A stretch of 63,968 nucleotides of DNA, counting the filler, from Craspedostauros australis (taxonomy: Eukaryota): the NCBI GenBank assembly GCA_030167865.1. It is 5 parts of 5 records of this genome, joined end to end, with 100 filler letters (N's around TTAATTAATTAA, not from the genome) between each part and the next. Parts side by side here need not be neighbours in the genome. Positions count along the whole stretch, not along the records: positions 1 to 22,497 come from JALAGF010005588.1; positions 22,598 to 31,949 come from JALAGF010005590.1; 3 more parts are not named here. One strand, 5' to 3'. Below are positions 12,702-23,756 of the stretch, piece after piece; the first letter of the stretch is position 1; each line of letters opens with the position of its first letter. The notes under the pieces are model-generated. The model saw only the letters and a list, made by a program, of their open reading frames with translations. It was not told the DNA's origin and did not search any database. The position numbers and the translations under genes are program-made.

Positions 12702-12855
12702 GACCCACTTGAGTGACGGGACCTGCAGTCGGTCCTGAGGGGGTGGGAAGATACGGGGCTTTCGACCAAGCCACCCACATATTCATAAACTACAACAAAA
12801 TATAAGAATCATAGTGGACGCGGATTTTGGTTTAATGTCTTATTTTAATTTTTAT
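12702..12855 (+). repeat. Left TIR of the DNA transposon
   Basis: Reverse complement of 18252-18400, with few mismatches and short indels. Confidence 0.92.
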
Positions 12856-13230
12856 GGACACCTCGATTTTGCCCTCATCTAGACACGACTAGCGCACTAC
12901 GGCCAGATTCGGTGTCTTGGTGCCTTGATTCGTGTCGCCAAAAGACAAGTTATCGATGTCAATTGCAGGACTAATTTATTTTTTTAGTCCCTCCATTGCG
13001 GCTCTGACACGTTCCAACAATTGTGTCCTCACATTTTGTTCCACCAAGTCAGGANNNNNNNNNNNNNNNNNNNNNNNNNNNNNNNNNNNNNNNNNNNNNN
13101 NNNNTTTTATGGACACCTCGATTTTGCGCTCATCTAGACACGACTAGCGCACTACGGCCAGATTCGGTGTCTTGGTGCCTTGATTCGTATCGCCAAAAGA
13201 AAAATCATCGATGTCAATTGCAGGGCTATT

Positions 13231-16200
13231 TTAGTTTTTTAGTCCCTCCATTGCGGCTCTGACACGTTCCAACAATTGTGTCCTCACATTTTGTTCCACC
13301 AAGTCAGGAGATTCCGTATTTTCCTTCATTGTGTGTGTCTCGCACGCAATTCGCTCCGAGGCTTCGTTTTCTTCTTGTCGCAGCACGATTTCCTCCTCTT
13401 CTGATCTTGTTTGTTGTGCAGGCACGATTCCTGCATCAGCATTGTTTGCGTTCGTTGGGAGTGGGGGAATTTTTGTGTTCGATGTGTTCGTTGCGCTCGT
13501 TGCGTTTCGTTTGATCGTACTTTCCGGGGTACGGATGTTCGCGGGCTTCGGTTTCGTGCGCTGATACGAAGCGGACATGTACTGGTTCACTCGCATTGGG
13601 TTCACGTGTACCCGCGCATACCAGCCAGTCTTCATTTCCATGGTCTCCATGCACCACCGGCATCCCTTGTACTCCGTTGGCCTGTTCTTCGGATCCGCGC
13701 GTGCCACTCTGCAAACCTCTTCCAGCACGTTTACAAGGTAGGGGCGAATGGGCTCGTTTCGTCGTACAGCTTTTGCAGCCCAGCCAGGTTCAGCCAATCG
13801 CGGGTGTTCTGTTGTTGCTGTGGTGTCCTGTAGCACAGTACTTACGTCAGGGGTCTCCAAGGCTGCCATGTTGATTGCTTCGAGGTACGTTAGTGCCTTG
13901 CTTTCGGTGGCACTCTTCGCGAACCTGAGGGTCTTTTTCTGCTTCCACGGCGATGTTGCTGTGAGTGGTTGATACATTGATTGGTGTTCTATCATGATAG
14001 GAACATCAGAATTCATGATGTCGTAATCTTCCCATTCGGCTTCCTCCACACGTACTGAAGCAGTGACATTTGAAGCTGCAAGCAAGTCTGCGTAGCCGTT
14101 TCCGTGCCGGACCTCGTGGGTTGATCGCACATTCATGCCTTTTGCGCGGAACCTCATGTGTGCATTCGTCTTGTGCATCACACAGCGACTTCCAAATCCG
14201 ACGTGTCAACCAAGACAGTTGTAGTACCTCTGATATTTCCCATTTGCAATGCGTCGAAGATCTCGTGTTCGGTTTGAATTTTACCGCCGTTTTGCATGTA
14301 GGATCGTAGTACGATAGTGATGTAGGCAAAGTGAGTGTCGATTCGCCCTTTGCCGGTTTGGGCTTCTGTGTAGATCCAAATGATGAATTGGGGAAGCCCT
14401 TTGGCTGCCGCGTCCTTGTTAATCCGTGATGAGACGAGCGCGATGTGCTCGTGGCTGGCGAAGCAGCCCGCGTTGTCCGACTGCAGGATAATTTCTGTCA
14501 CTGATGGCAGGAGATCGCGTNNNNNNNNNNNNNNNNNNNNNNNNNNNNNNNNNNNNNNNNNNNNNNNNNNTTGCAATGCGTCGAAGATCTCGTGTTCGGT
14601 TTGAATTTTACCGCCGTTTTGCATGTAGGATCGTAGTACGATAGTGATGTAGGCAAAGTGAGTGTCGATTCGCCCTTTGCCGGTTTGGGCTTCTGTGTAG
14701 ATCCAAATGATGAATTGGGGAAGCCCTTTGGCTGCCGCGTCCTTGTTAATCCGTGATGAGACNAGCGCNATGTGCTCNTGGCTGGCGAAGCAGCCCGCGT
14801 TGTCCGACTGCAGGATAATTTCTGTCACTGATGGCAGGAGATCGCGTACCTTCTTCTGGATGATTTTGAGTAGTCCTCCAACTTGAAGCGTGTCTTGGGT
14901 GGGACGGCCATGAACAATTATGTCCACAAAGCGATAGGTGGATTCGTCATTTTTGCAAGTGACAATCATGACACCAAGCAGCGACATGCCCTTCTTGCCC
15001 CAGTACTCTGTCTGCGATTCTTCTTGTGCCGTCGGCAGAATCTTCTGCTTTTGGTCGATGACGACGTAGGCACACTTATCATTGTTGTTGATCTTGGCCT
15101 TGTACTTGTTCATCTGATCAAATTGAACCTTTGCTCGAACTTGGTGTGCCATGTACGCAGTGATCTCATTGTTGAAGCCCGGTACCGCTTCCAGCATCGT
15201 GTGTAGTTCATCTGCGTGGTCGCTTAGATGATTGGCCTTGAGCGTCTCGATGAATGGTGCGACGCGATCATCCATGAAGCGCATCACTTGTCCACATCTG
15301 TCGCATACTTTGCCTTGTTGATCGTGAGCAATGAGAGGAAGGGCGTTGGCATCACGCTCTGTGGTTGCTGTAGGAGGATCAATGACCGCGCATGTCATGT
15401 TGGTGCTGGCAGGCGCTGTTGTGTTTTCGGTGCCGAGTGTAGACTTAGCCTGCTTCATTTTTGAATCCTTGCAAAGGGCGAAATGAGCGCAGTGCATCGG
15501 GTCTTCTTCGCACTTGATCTGCATGTGCGACGCGGTATACTCCCACTTGAAGAATGTGATCATAAGGTCCAGATCGCGCAACAATGTCTCACAGGTTTGA
15601 ATATACTCCACAGTTAGGTCGTCGTGTCCGTCATCACCGTTGAATGAATCCTCGAGTAGGGTGTTCAAGCGCACGAGCATCTCCTTCAGCGTCTTTGTTG
15701 CCATCCAGAAGTAGTTTTAAAAGAGGAGAGACCAGTAATAACTTTGCCTCTGCGTGTGAGCAGGCCCGTCATTGCTCGGAATGCTGGCTCGCTGACTGGA
15801 TTGTTCATCATAGTCTTGTACATGTGGAACAGCTCGTCTACGCTCGTTCTGCCACATTCGAATACTGGCACGTTTTCAAATATCACCCCTCCCAATTTGA
15901 TATTGTGACAAAGGCCCACCTTGTATGTGGTTGTGTTGCTGATGAAGGACACCACGCCAGCCAAGCTGTATGCGCTGACACGATAGTTGTGAACAGCAGC
16001 ACCAAGCACGTTGCCCTCGCGCAAGAGCTTGTAGTAGTTGCGCAGAGTGAGGAGCTGGCCCCACGTGATGGTGTATTGCTCTGGCAAGAGGCCGAGACGC
16101 TGAACGTCAGGAAGTTCGCTCTTGTGTCGCGAGAGGAGGTTAGTACATTGGCGTGGCGAGGCAGACACGGCAAGAATGCACTTTGCTGTGTGTGCAATGT

Positions 16201-16621
16201 TCTTCTTGCCGACGAGGCAAATCATGTAGAGGTTGGGAGCCAGCTTGATAGGCGGCAAGTCTACCCCCACGCACACGAACGCCACCACCTGGTCCATCTG
16301 AGGAACTGGCAAGTTCATTGCCAGAATCAGCACCTTCCACAGCGCATTGGAGGCCACCGTGAAGATCTTCTTCGCTTTGCTCCACACTTGCTTGTCGGAT
16401 TTGTGCCCCAATACAAATCCGCAACGAGGAAAATCGGCCAGCACAGTTGCAAGGCGTTTCACTCCGAGCTCCTGCAAGACCTCGCGCATGATTTGAAACG
16501 CATCTGTCTTGTTCATGTTGTGCTTGGGTTGGAATCTTCCGGAGTTAGATTTCCCGCTCTTGGCTTTCTTGCGTCCGTTGGGGCGGAAGGCTTTGTCGTC
16601 GTCAGCCTTGTGGCGTTGCAT
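13231..16621 (-). pseudogene. Frameshifted Sola3-type transposase (ORFs 16621-15686, 15704-14178, 14181-13231)
   Basis: Motifs VVIDQKQKILP..EESQTEYWGKKGMS, ILQSDNAGCF and YTEAQTGKGRIDTHFA resemble the Sola3 catalytic core. Consecutive ORFs overlap at 1-nt frame offsets. Confidence 0.78.
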
Positions 16622-17019
16622 ACGCTTGCCTTTCGTTGCTGGTTGGATAGTCGGTGCGGGAAGGAGTGGGGGTAAGCTGGAGGAGTCGGGACGCAGACTT
16701 TGACCTGCATTTTTGTCTCGGTGTTGGAGCCCTGTCCAAAGGCCTGCACTGTGACCTTGGAGGTGTCAAGAATCATGCCGTTGTCGGTGGTGATGTGCAC
16801 GCGAACGAAAAGTTTCTCGTTGGTTGCATGGAGTGTGCGATTCTGGTCGTTGTTGGTTTGGATCTGAACGTCACACTCGTAGTCGAAGGTCGCGCCTTTC
16901 AGCACAGGAGGCAAGAGCTTGTCTGTTGTAGATGTCGTAATGTGCTGCTTACCATCTACATCCAGTGGAGGCAACAGCTTCTCAGCAGCAGATGGCGCAG
17001 AACAGTTCTTTGCGATCAA
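16513..17019 (-). CDS. Transposon-internal upstream ORF or N-terminal transposase segment of unknown function
   Basis: 168-aa ORF overlapping the first transposase ORF. It aligns by eye with ORF 18450-18956. Confidence 0.5.
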   Translation of the reverse strand: MIAKNCSAPSAAEKLLPPLDVDGKQHITTSTTDKLLPPVLKGATFDYECDVQIQTNNDQNRTLHATNEKLFVRVHITTDNGMILDTSKVTVQAFGQGSNTETKMQVKVCVPTPPAYPHSFPHRLSNQQRKASVCNATRLTTTKPSAPTDARKPRAGNLTPEDSNPSTT

Positions 17020-18251
17020 TCGGATCGGATGGGAAGGGGCGCACGGATGGAGAGGATGGAAAACGCTGCTTCTTGGAGGGAGAAGGATTGGCGTCCTTCG
17101 ACGCAGCTTTCGAGGTAGAGACGAGCATGATGCTGATTGGTACTGATGGGTAGATGGAGAAGACTACTAGTGATGGAAGTGAACTGAGCAGGAGGGATGC
17201 AAGAAGGTGAAGATACAAACACTACATGAACATGCAACAAGCACCGCACACCACCACGAAAAGCAAAACTCGATTTGGTGGCAAAATGTGAGGAGATTTG
17301 TGGCATGTGACGAGAGTCAAGTTTTGAATTTGAATGATAACGCCAGTTGAGATTCAATGAGGGACAGACTATTACCGGACACGGTATCAACCCGATGGGA
17401 GAAATTCTTGTTTTGGCGCGAAATCTTNCGACTTGATTGACCACCAANTCTTTTTCTCCTCCTTTCTNTCCTCCATTCACGAATCCATCATGACTCAANC
17501 ATGACCGACCTGACTCACACCTCACCTTGGGAACTATATGCTCCTCAGATCCTTTTACTACAACATACCTCGATTCCCTCCATGCTGATGACTACTGCAC
17601 CACTGCCGTAGTCTTGACGCGTGCATCCAACCTGCTTCAACTCAAGCAATGGAATCCGAGGGTCAGCTCCAGCCATAGCCACTGCTTCATGACCGTCACT
17701 ATCAGGTGTCATGACCTACACTGCAGTGTATCTACATGTATGGAGAGCAAGGCACTGTAATGATCGTCTACCCTCAAGCACTGAACCAAGTACATCAGTG
17801 CAGGGTCTCGCCAAGTTGTGTGGCATCGTTTCTTCACCCTACGAACACTACAAGCTAACTCATAATAAACAGACAAGGATTAGCTACAAAGCACTCTTCT
17901 ACTCATCATTACAATAACAACTCTTCAATTAGTACACCTCCCTTGAACTGCATCACACGGCTATCTCGAAGCCGGCAGATTCACGAGGCATCCTCCACCG
18001 ATTCGTGTCAACTACACTCGAATCTTAACTACGCCTAATAACGGTTAGTTGTTTCAAAAACGTGTTTGGACAGGCCGAACAATGACGTCGCTGAAATGTC
18101 ACATTCCGTCCGCAACCCGTCAAAAAAGTTCTTTCCCGAACGTGTCTGCGCACATTGCATTGTTTGCATCGGAAAAGCTAATCAATGCCTTGCGATCATC
18201 ACGGAGCAGTGTTTATATTCGACCAAGAGGACCGTAAATCTACAAAGGTGG

Positions 18252-18400
18252 ATAAAAATTGAAATAGGACATTAAACCAAAATCGGCATCCACTATGATT
18301 CTTACATTTTTTGTTTATGAATATGTGGGTGGCTGGGTCGAAAGCCCCGTATCTTCCCACCCCCCAGGACCGACTGCAGGTCCCGTCACTCAAGTGGGTC
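18252..18400 (-). repeat. Right TIR of the DNA transposon
   Basis: Ends ...CCCGTCACTCAAGTGGGTC and is followed by TTAA. Confidence 0.92.
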
Positions 18401-18449
18401 TTAACGATGCTCATGTCAAAGTGATCTGTGAGCTGGTCCATGACACGAA

Positions 18450-18956
18450 TCACTGCAGGATGCCTCCAATTTCCCCCCTCTTCTGGGTCGTACCCAAACT
18501 GACCTCCTCTCCTGTTCCTGCTGGCGCGCGTTCGTTCCCCCTGTCGTTGTCGTCGTAGGTGGTGTCGCTGTCATTGGAGGTGTCCGCATAGCCACCAGCA
18601 ACAACAGCATTGTAGCGGCAAGGGAGCCTCGCTGGTGGGGCAGGCTTGGCAGGTGGTGCAATGTCAGGCACAGCAGGGGGTGGCGCGTTCACGATAACGC
18701 TCACCAGAGTCCCATCGCCAACACCTCGTCCCACGGATCGCACCTCAACGTTGGAGTCATCGAAGACCCCTCCGTTGTCATCGAGGATGTGTATGAACAC
18801 GTGCAGCTCGCGAGCGTGTGCATGCATGCCGTTCGGGACGAGGCCACCATCTGCTGCAAGCATTGGCTTCACATCGATCACTCGTGTGATGGTGGTTGGC
18901 TTCTGGACTGCAGGGGATGGCTTGTCAGGCAACAGTTGCTCCATGGTCGGGAGCAA
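18450..18956 (-). CDS. Hypothetical protein (possibly a last exon or relic), paralogous to 16513-17019
   Basis: HARELHVFIHILDDNGGVFDDSNVEVRSVGRG aligns with TNEKLFVRVHITTDNGMILDTSKVTVQAFGQG. A possible AACAG acceptor lies near 18971. Confidence 0.5.
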   Translation of the reverse strand: MLPTMEQLLPDKPSPAVQKPTTITRVIDVKPMLAADGGLVPNGMHAHARELHVFIHILDDNGGVFDDSNVEVRSVGRGVGDGTLVSVIVNAPPPAVPDIAPPAKPAPPARLPCRYNAVVAGGYADTSNDSDTTYDDNDRGNERAPAGTGEEVSLGTTQKRGEIGGILQ

Positions 18957-19812
18957 GTTTCCCTTGGAGTCTGTTGGAAATCCGGGGTTATAGTTAGTAC
19001 TGTAATCTAATCTGCTGTTAGAAGATGTACCATTTTAGAACTGTGAGCACAATCTCACTTTCTTTTCCGATTTCATTTTTCACGGTAGGCATCTATCGCA
19101 GTGGCGACTCGGGGTGTCCTGTTGTTCTTAGGTGCTTTTCTCTTCATTCATCATGCTCTGTTCTTGCTTCCTTGTCTTGGCCTCGTTGTTGCTTGCCTCT
19201 GCATCGTCGTAGCTGTCTACGCTTGCATGGTAGGGATCTGCAATCCTGAGCACTTGCCTATCACATGTTTCCGTTGTTGATCTCATGACACCATCGTTCC
19301 ATGATGGATGTCAACCTTGGTGATGTTCCAAACCTGCGGATGTTCTTGTCTGCAGGAGGGGCGCGTGCTGTCCTCTGAAGGGGGTGCGTCACTTGCCCAT
19401 TGACCTGCTGTTCTGATCGACGTCGTCTGCATGGTTGCCATGGTTGGTTTGGTATCGGGACCTCCTGATCCGCCATAGGTGTTGTTCTTACATTACCAGA
19501 GGACAGACTACCCTCCTCGCAGTAGTACAGGTATCAATCATGTCCGTATCCTTAGTCATAGTCATAATGACATGGTATACAAAGGTGTGACGAATAGTCT
19601 CCGAACATGTGACGAATAATATTCAATGATGTGACGAATAATGTTGGGAGGTGCGGCAATCATGGATATTCCGACAAAGTCGTACCCTCGATTCCTAACA
19701 GGAGTCAACAGGAGGAGCAGATACAGGGTAAGCAGAACGCGGTTTCTTACAGGGGGAGGGGTTGGCATCCTTGGAGAGGGCCTTGGTGGTGGTGGAGAGA
19801 GGCACGGTGGAG

Positions 19813-19975
19813 TTGTTGCTGTTGCTGTTGCTGCTGAGTATAGTTGTTAGCAGGTCGGATGTGATGATCTGCACAGGTCGGAGACGAAGTGAGGAAGGAG
19901 AGCATGCGATGAAAGGTCAAGAAGCTGGCAACAACTACAACTACAACTACAACTACAACAACTACTACTACTACC
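19813..19975. repeat. Microsatellites (TGTTGC)n and (AACTAC)n/(TAC)n
   Basis: Directly visible at ~19813-19834 and ~19929-19974. Confidence 0.85.
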
Positions 19976-20930
19976 AGAACGAGCACTAACATTGAACACA
20001 AGAGCGAGCGCGCATGGTATTGGCGAGGAAAGTTGTGAAATGGAGCGAAAGTGTGGCGATCCTGTTTGAATTTGTGAGAGGATGTCGATGATGTGTGATG
20101 TGTTTTGTGTTTTGTGTCGTGTGTGTTGTGACGAGCAAAATGTGAGATCATGCACCACATGCTAACGTGTATTTAACGCGTACCAAACGAACGACATCTT
20201 CTGCACACAAACCGAATCGCTGCTGCAAGATCATCACATTTTCACCACAGAAAACAACTTTTCATCAATCGCCAGCCGTGACATGACGACCGCAGAGCGA
20301 TGACGCCCCTGACGGATCATGAGCGCAGATGTCCCACAAGGGTCAACGTGATAGCATTACCAAAAGCAGGTGTCAACTGTCTCCGGTGCCGCCAGCAAAA
20401 CCAGCCTCGCCTTCAGCGCTTCTCTGTTTGGACTCCCCTCTCTGTCGGGAAATGAATCGAACAGCTTCACTCCCTGTCTCAAACTTCCGTCAGCATGGAA
20501 AAGAAATTGGTATCAAGAGCAAGAGCGTCAGGGTGCGAGCAAGGGTGCGAGCAAGGGTGCGAGCAAGGGTGTGTGAAAGTCTGCGAGAGTGTGTGAGAAC
20601 CAGAGAGTGCGAAACCTCTTCCTCCTTGACGTGCGATCCATCCGTTTGGGCAATCAAGAAACAGCCAGCAATCGCGCGATCGGGCGAGTAATCATCTATC
20701 ACTGCAATCGATTGTGGCTGTCGATGACGGTGATCGATTACGGTAATCGATCGCACAGATGGCTGAGCGATCGTAGAGGCGATCATAGTATCGCACTGCG
20801 ATCATTGAAGCGATCAAGCCAAGCTGCAGACAGAACATCGCATTTCGAGGTTTGGTGTCAGATCAAAAGCTCATAAAATCAACCAACGGTGAATCGAAAC
20901 ACCACATCGTCAACCAAGGCAAGCAGCATC

Positions 20931-22497
20931 ATGGCAGAAGAACAAACCAAACAAAACGACAACACTATGGCCGACACTGTCGTCAAGACAGATCCAGATG
21001 CAAGCCCGGCCCTCCGCCCCGCACCAGTCCAGGCATCGCTGGATGACATTGGGAGCATCGCAGAGATGCCGCCTGCCGGATGCGGCATCATGGCCCGATA
21101 TCCAGTCCTCTCCGTCCTTATCTTTGCCAGCGTGGGCATCGGAACTGGGGTCGGTCTGAGCTACTGGGAGCCAGACGATCCATGTGACAAGGAGGTCACC
21201 CTCAAGTGGCTTGGCCTGATCGGTGACATGTTCATCAGAGCCCTCAAGGCCATCGTCTTGCCGCTGGTCTTCATCAACGTCGTCATCTCCGTCGTCGACA
21301 TGATGAGCCTCGGCCGCGCAAGTTCCATCGGATGGACGACGATCGGTCTCTACCTTGTCACCACCATCGTCGCCTCCATCGTCGGCATCGTCTCCATCGT
21401 TTCCTTCGATGGTCTCTTCAACGAAGACAGCTTCGACGACGACGACGATGCCCGCATGTCCTTCGGATGCAACAAGGAAGGCTTCTTCATCACAGAACAG
21501 AGCGATGGTTCACTCATGTGCATGGAAGGATCTGGCGACAACATCGACTTCCTCGTCGATGACATCTCCGCCACCTTCGTGACCAAGAGCAGCGGTGCCC
21601 GTGACGACATCAGTCTGTCGGATACCATCTACGACGGTATCTTCACCAAGCTCATCACCTCCAACATCTTCACTTCCTTCAACTCGGCGAACTTCGCAGC
21701 CGTCGTGGTTTTCGCCATCGCCTTTGGCTCTGCCTTGGGCCAGGTCCTCAACGATCGTGTTGATGGCAACACCGCTCTCAGCCACATCATCAAGCTCTTC
21801 AAGGAGCTAGATGGTGTCTTCCTCAAGCTCATCAACTGGGTCATCATGCTGACGCCATTCGCTGTCTTCTCGCTCATCGTGCGTGCCATCGGCAATCAAG
21901 ATGACCTCGCCAAGGCATTCGAGAACGTGGGGTACCTCGTGGTCGCCACCATGGTCGCAATGCTCTTCCATTTCTGCATCGTCCATGTCGGTCTCCTTGC
22001 CCTCATCCGCAAGAAGAATCCGTTCACCTACCTCCAGAAGCTCGTCCCCGCGCAGACCATGGCCTTCGCGTGCGCAAGCTCCGCCGCCACCATCCCCATG
22101 ACGCTCCGCTGCGTCCAAAGCACAGGAGAAGTCCCAGATTCCATCGGCCGCTTCGTCGTTCCGCTGGGCGCCACCATCAACATGGATGGTGGCGCTATCT
22201 ACTTCTCATGCGCGTGCATCTGGCTGGCTGTCCTCAACGGAGTCGACATCGATGAATCTGCCTACGTCCTGCTTGTCATCATCGCTACTATCGGTTCGGC
22301 CGGAACGGCACCGGTGCCATCCGCATCGCTGGTTCTCATCATCACCGCATACAACACCGTGTTCAACGCATCCGGCACCCCGGACGGCTTCGAGTACATC
22401 CTGGCCATCGACTGGTTCATGGACCGCCTCCGTACTGTCCTCAATGTCACCGGTGACGGTGTGGTGACAGGCTTGGTTTCTGCCTTGGCCCCCTTGG
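20931..22497 (+). CDS. Dicarboxylate/amino acid:cation symporter (DAACS/SLC1/GltP family), 3' truncated by a gap
   Basis: GDMFIRALKAIVLPLV, AFACASSAATIP, VPLGATINMDG, SAGTAPVP and IDWFMDRLRTVLNVTGD signatures. Confidence 0.95.
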
Positions 22498-22541
22498 NNN
22501 NNNNNNNNNNNNNNNNNNNNNNNNNNNNNNNNNNNNNNNNN

Positions 22542-22553
22542 TTAATTAATTAA
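22542..22553. other. Artificial contig linker TTAATTAATTAA within N runs
   Basis: The same 12-mer (stops in all six frames) is centred in N blocks at four places in the window. Confidence 0.95.
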
Positions 22554-22597
22554 NNNNNNNNNNNNNNNNNNNNNNNNNNNNNNNNNNNNNNNNNNNN

Positions 22598-23756
22598 ACG
22601 ATGTACTTCATCAAGATCAAGGGAAACCAGAACATCGCCGACATCCTCACGAAATTCCTTCCACGGTCGGTTTTCTGGGACTTCATCCAACCACTGTTGT
22701 TCTGGAAGGGCAACACCGATCCCAACCACAACAAGTGACTGCAAAAAGATACGTTTCGGGGAGTATTAGCACAACGCTTTATTCACCTGATTCGTTTTCT
22801 GATTAGTCTGTCCTTGTATGTGCTGAAACNNNNNNNNNNNNNNNNNNNNNNNNNNNNNNNNNNNNNNNNNNNNNNNNNNNNNNNNNNNNNNNNNNNNNNN
22901 NNNNNNNNNNNNNNNNNNNNNNNNNNNNNNNNNNNNNNNNNNACTTCCCAACTAAACCTGAAATGACAACACACTCGACGACCTCAAGCATCATCAATGG
23001 AATGTGGAATCGACAGAGCCATGGAACAGTGATGAGTGATGTCGACACAGAAGACATCATCACCACATCATGGGTCATCTCCACATCAGAACAAGATTGC
23101 AGNNNNNNNNNNNNNNNNNNNNNNNNNNNNNNNNNNNNNNNNNNNNNNNNNNTATTAGCACAACGCTTTATTCACCTGATTCGTTTTCTGATTAGTCTGT
23201 CCTTGTATGTGCTGAAACGATGCTTTCCCCAGGCACATGAATTTCAACATAAGGGACTCACTAGAGATAACATCAGAGATTCGGTCTGGCCACCACCCGG
23301 CAAACATGTGATGTCCAATTCGACCTGATAAACTTCCCAACTAAACCTGAAATGACAACACACTCGACGACCTCAAGCATCATCAATGGAATGTGGAATC
23401 GACAGANCCATGGAACAGTGATGAGTGATGTCGACACAGAAGACATCATCACCACATCATGGGTCATCTCCACATCAGAACAAGATTGCAGAGGTGCAAT
23501 GACCGAGAGCTGACCTTGAAGACAGCAACACAAGATACAACTCAATGAAGATAACATAGAAACAGAAGCCACTCAACCCAATCAGTGTCTTCACTCACCA
23601 GCTCATCACCATCGTCCTGAAAGACTTGATCTCTCTTGAAGGACTCGTGTGATTTCGCTGTGTACAGTAACGAGATAACAACACCTCAGAACGAATTCAC
23701 TGCAGAGTGAGAGTCTTGCTCAGTGCTCCAGCTTGATGACTTGGGGATTGGCATCA
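22598..23756 (+). mobile_element. Ty1/copia (CoDi-like) LTR retrotransposon 3' end: RNase H tail, polypurine tract and 3' LTR (right end uncertain)
   Basis: 22598-22738 encodes MYFIKIKGNQNIADILTKFLP...LLFWKG*. A purine run GGGGAG at 22758-22763 is followed by a putative LTR starting TATTAGC at 22764. Confidence 0.75.

Larger units (their letters stand above)
12702..18400 (-). mobile_element. Sola3-like DDD DNA transposon with ~150-bp terminal inverted repeats
   Basis: TIRs at 12702-12855 and 18252-18400 both begin GACCCACTTGAGTGACGGGACCTGCAGTCGGTCCTG. Right flank is TTAA, left flank TTAT. Internal transposase remnants. Confidence 0.85.

Noticed and set aside
12850..13310. ~200-bp direct duplication next to the left TIR
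   Set aside because: The copies sit either side of a 50-N gap, typical of unmerged contig ends or haplotypes.
14244..14847. Tandem duplication of the transposase catalytic segment
   Set aside because: Near-identical copies flank a 50-N gap, so this is an assembly overlap artefact.
15686..15725. Programmed -1 frameshift in the transposase
   Set aside because: The TTTTAAAA run is not phased as X XXY YYZ, and slipping there meets a TAA. An ordinary indel is more likely.
22542..22553. TTAATTAATTAA as a biological palindrome or piggyBac-type target
   Set aside because: It is always centred in N runs and identical at four places, so it is a scaffolding linker.
22764..23491. Repeated blocks read as two LTRs or a repeat array
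   Set aside because: The duplicates abut N gaps and are virtually identical, so they are redundant assembly of one LTR.
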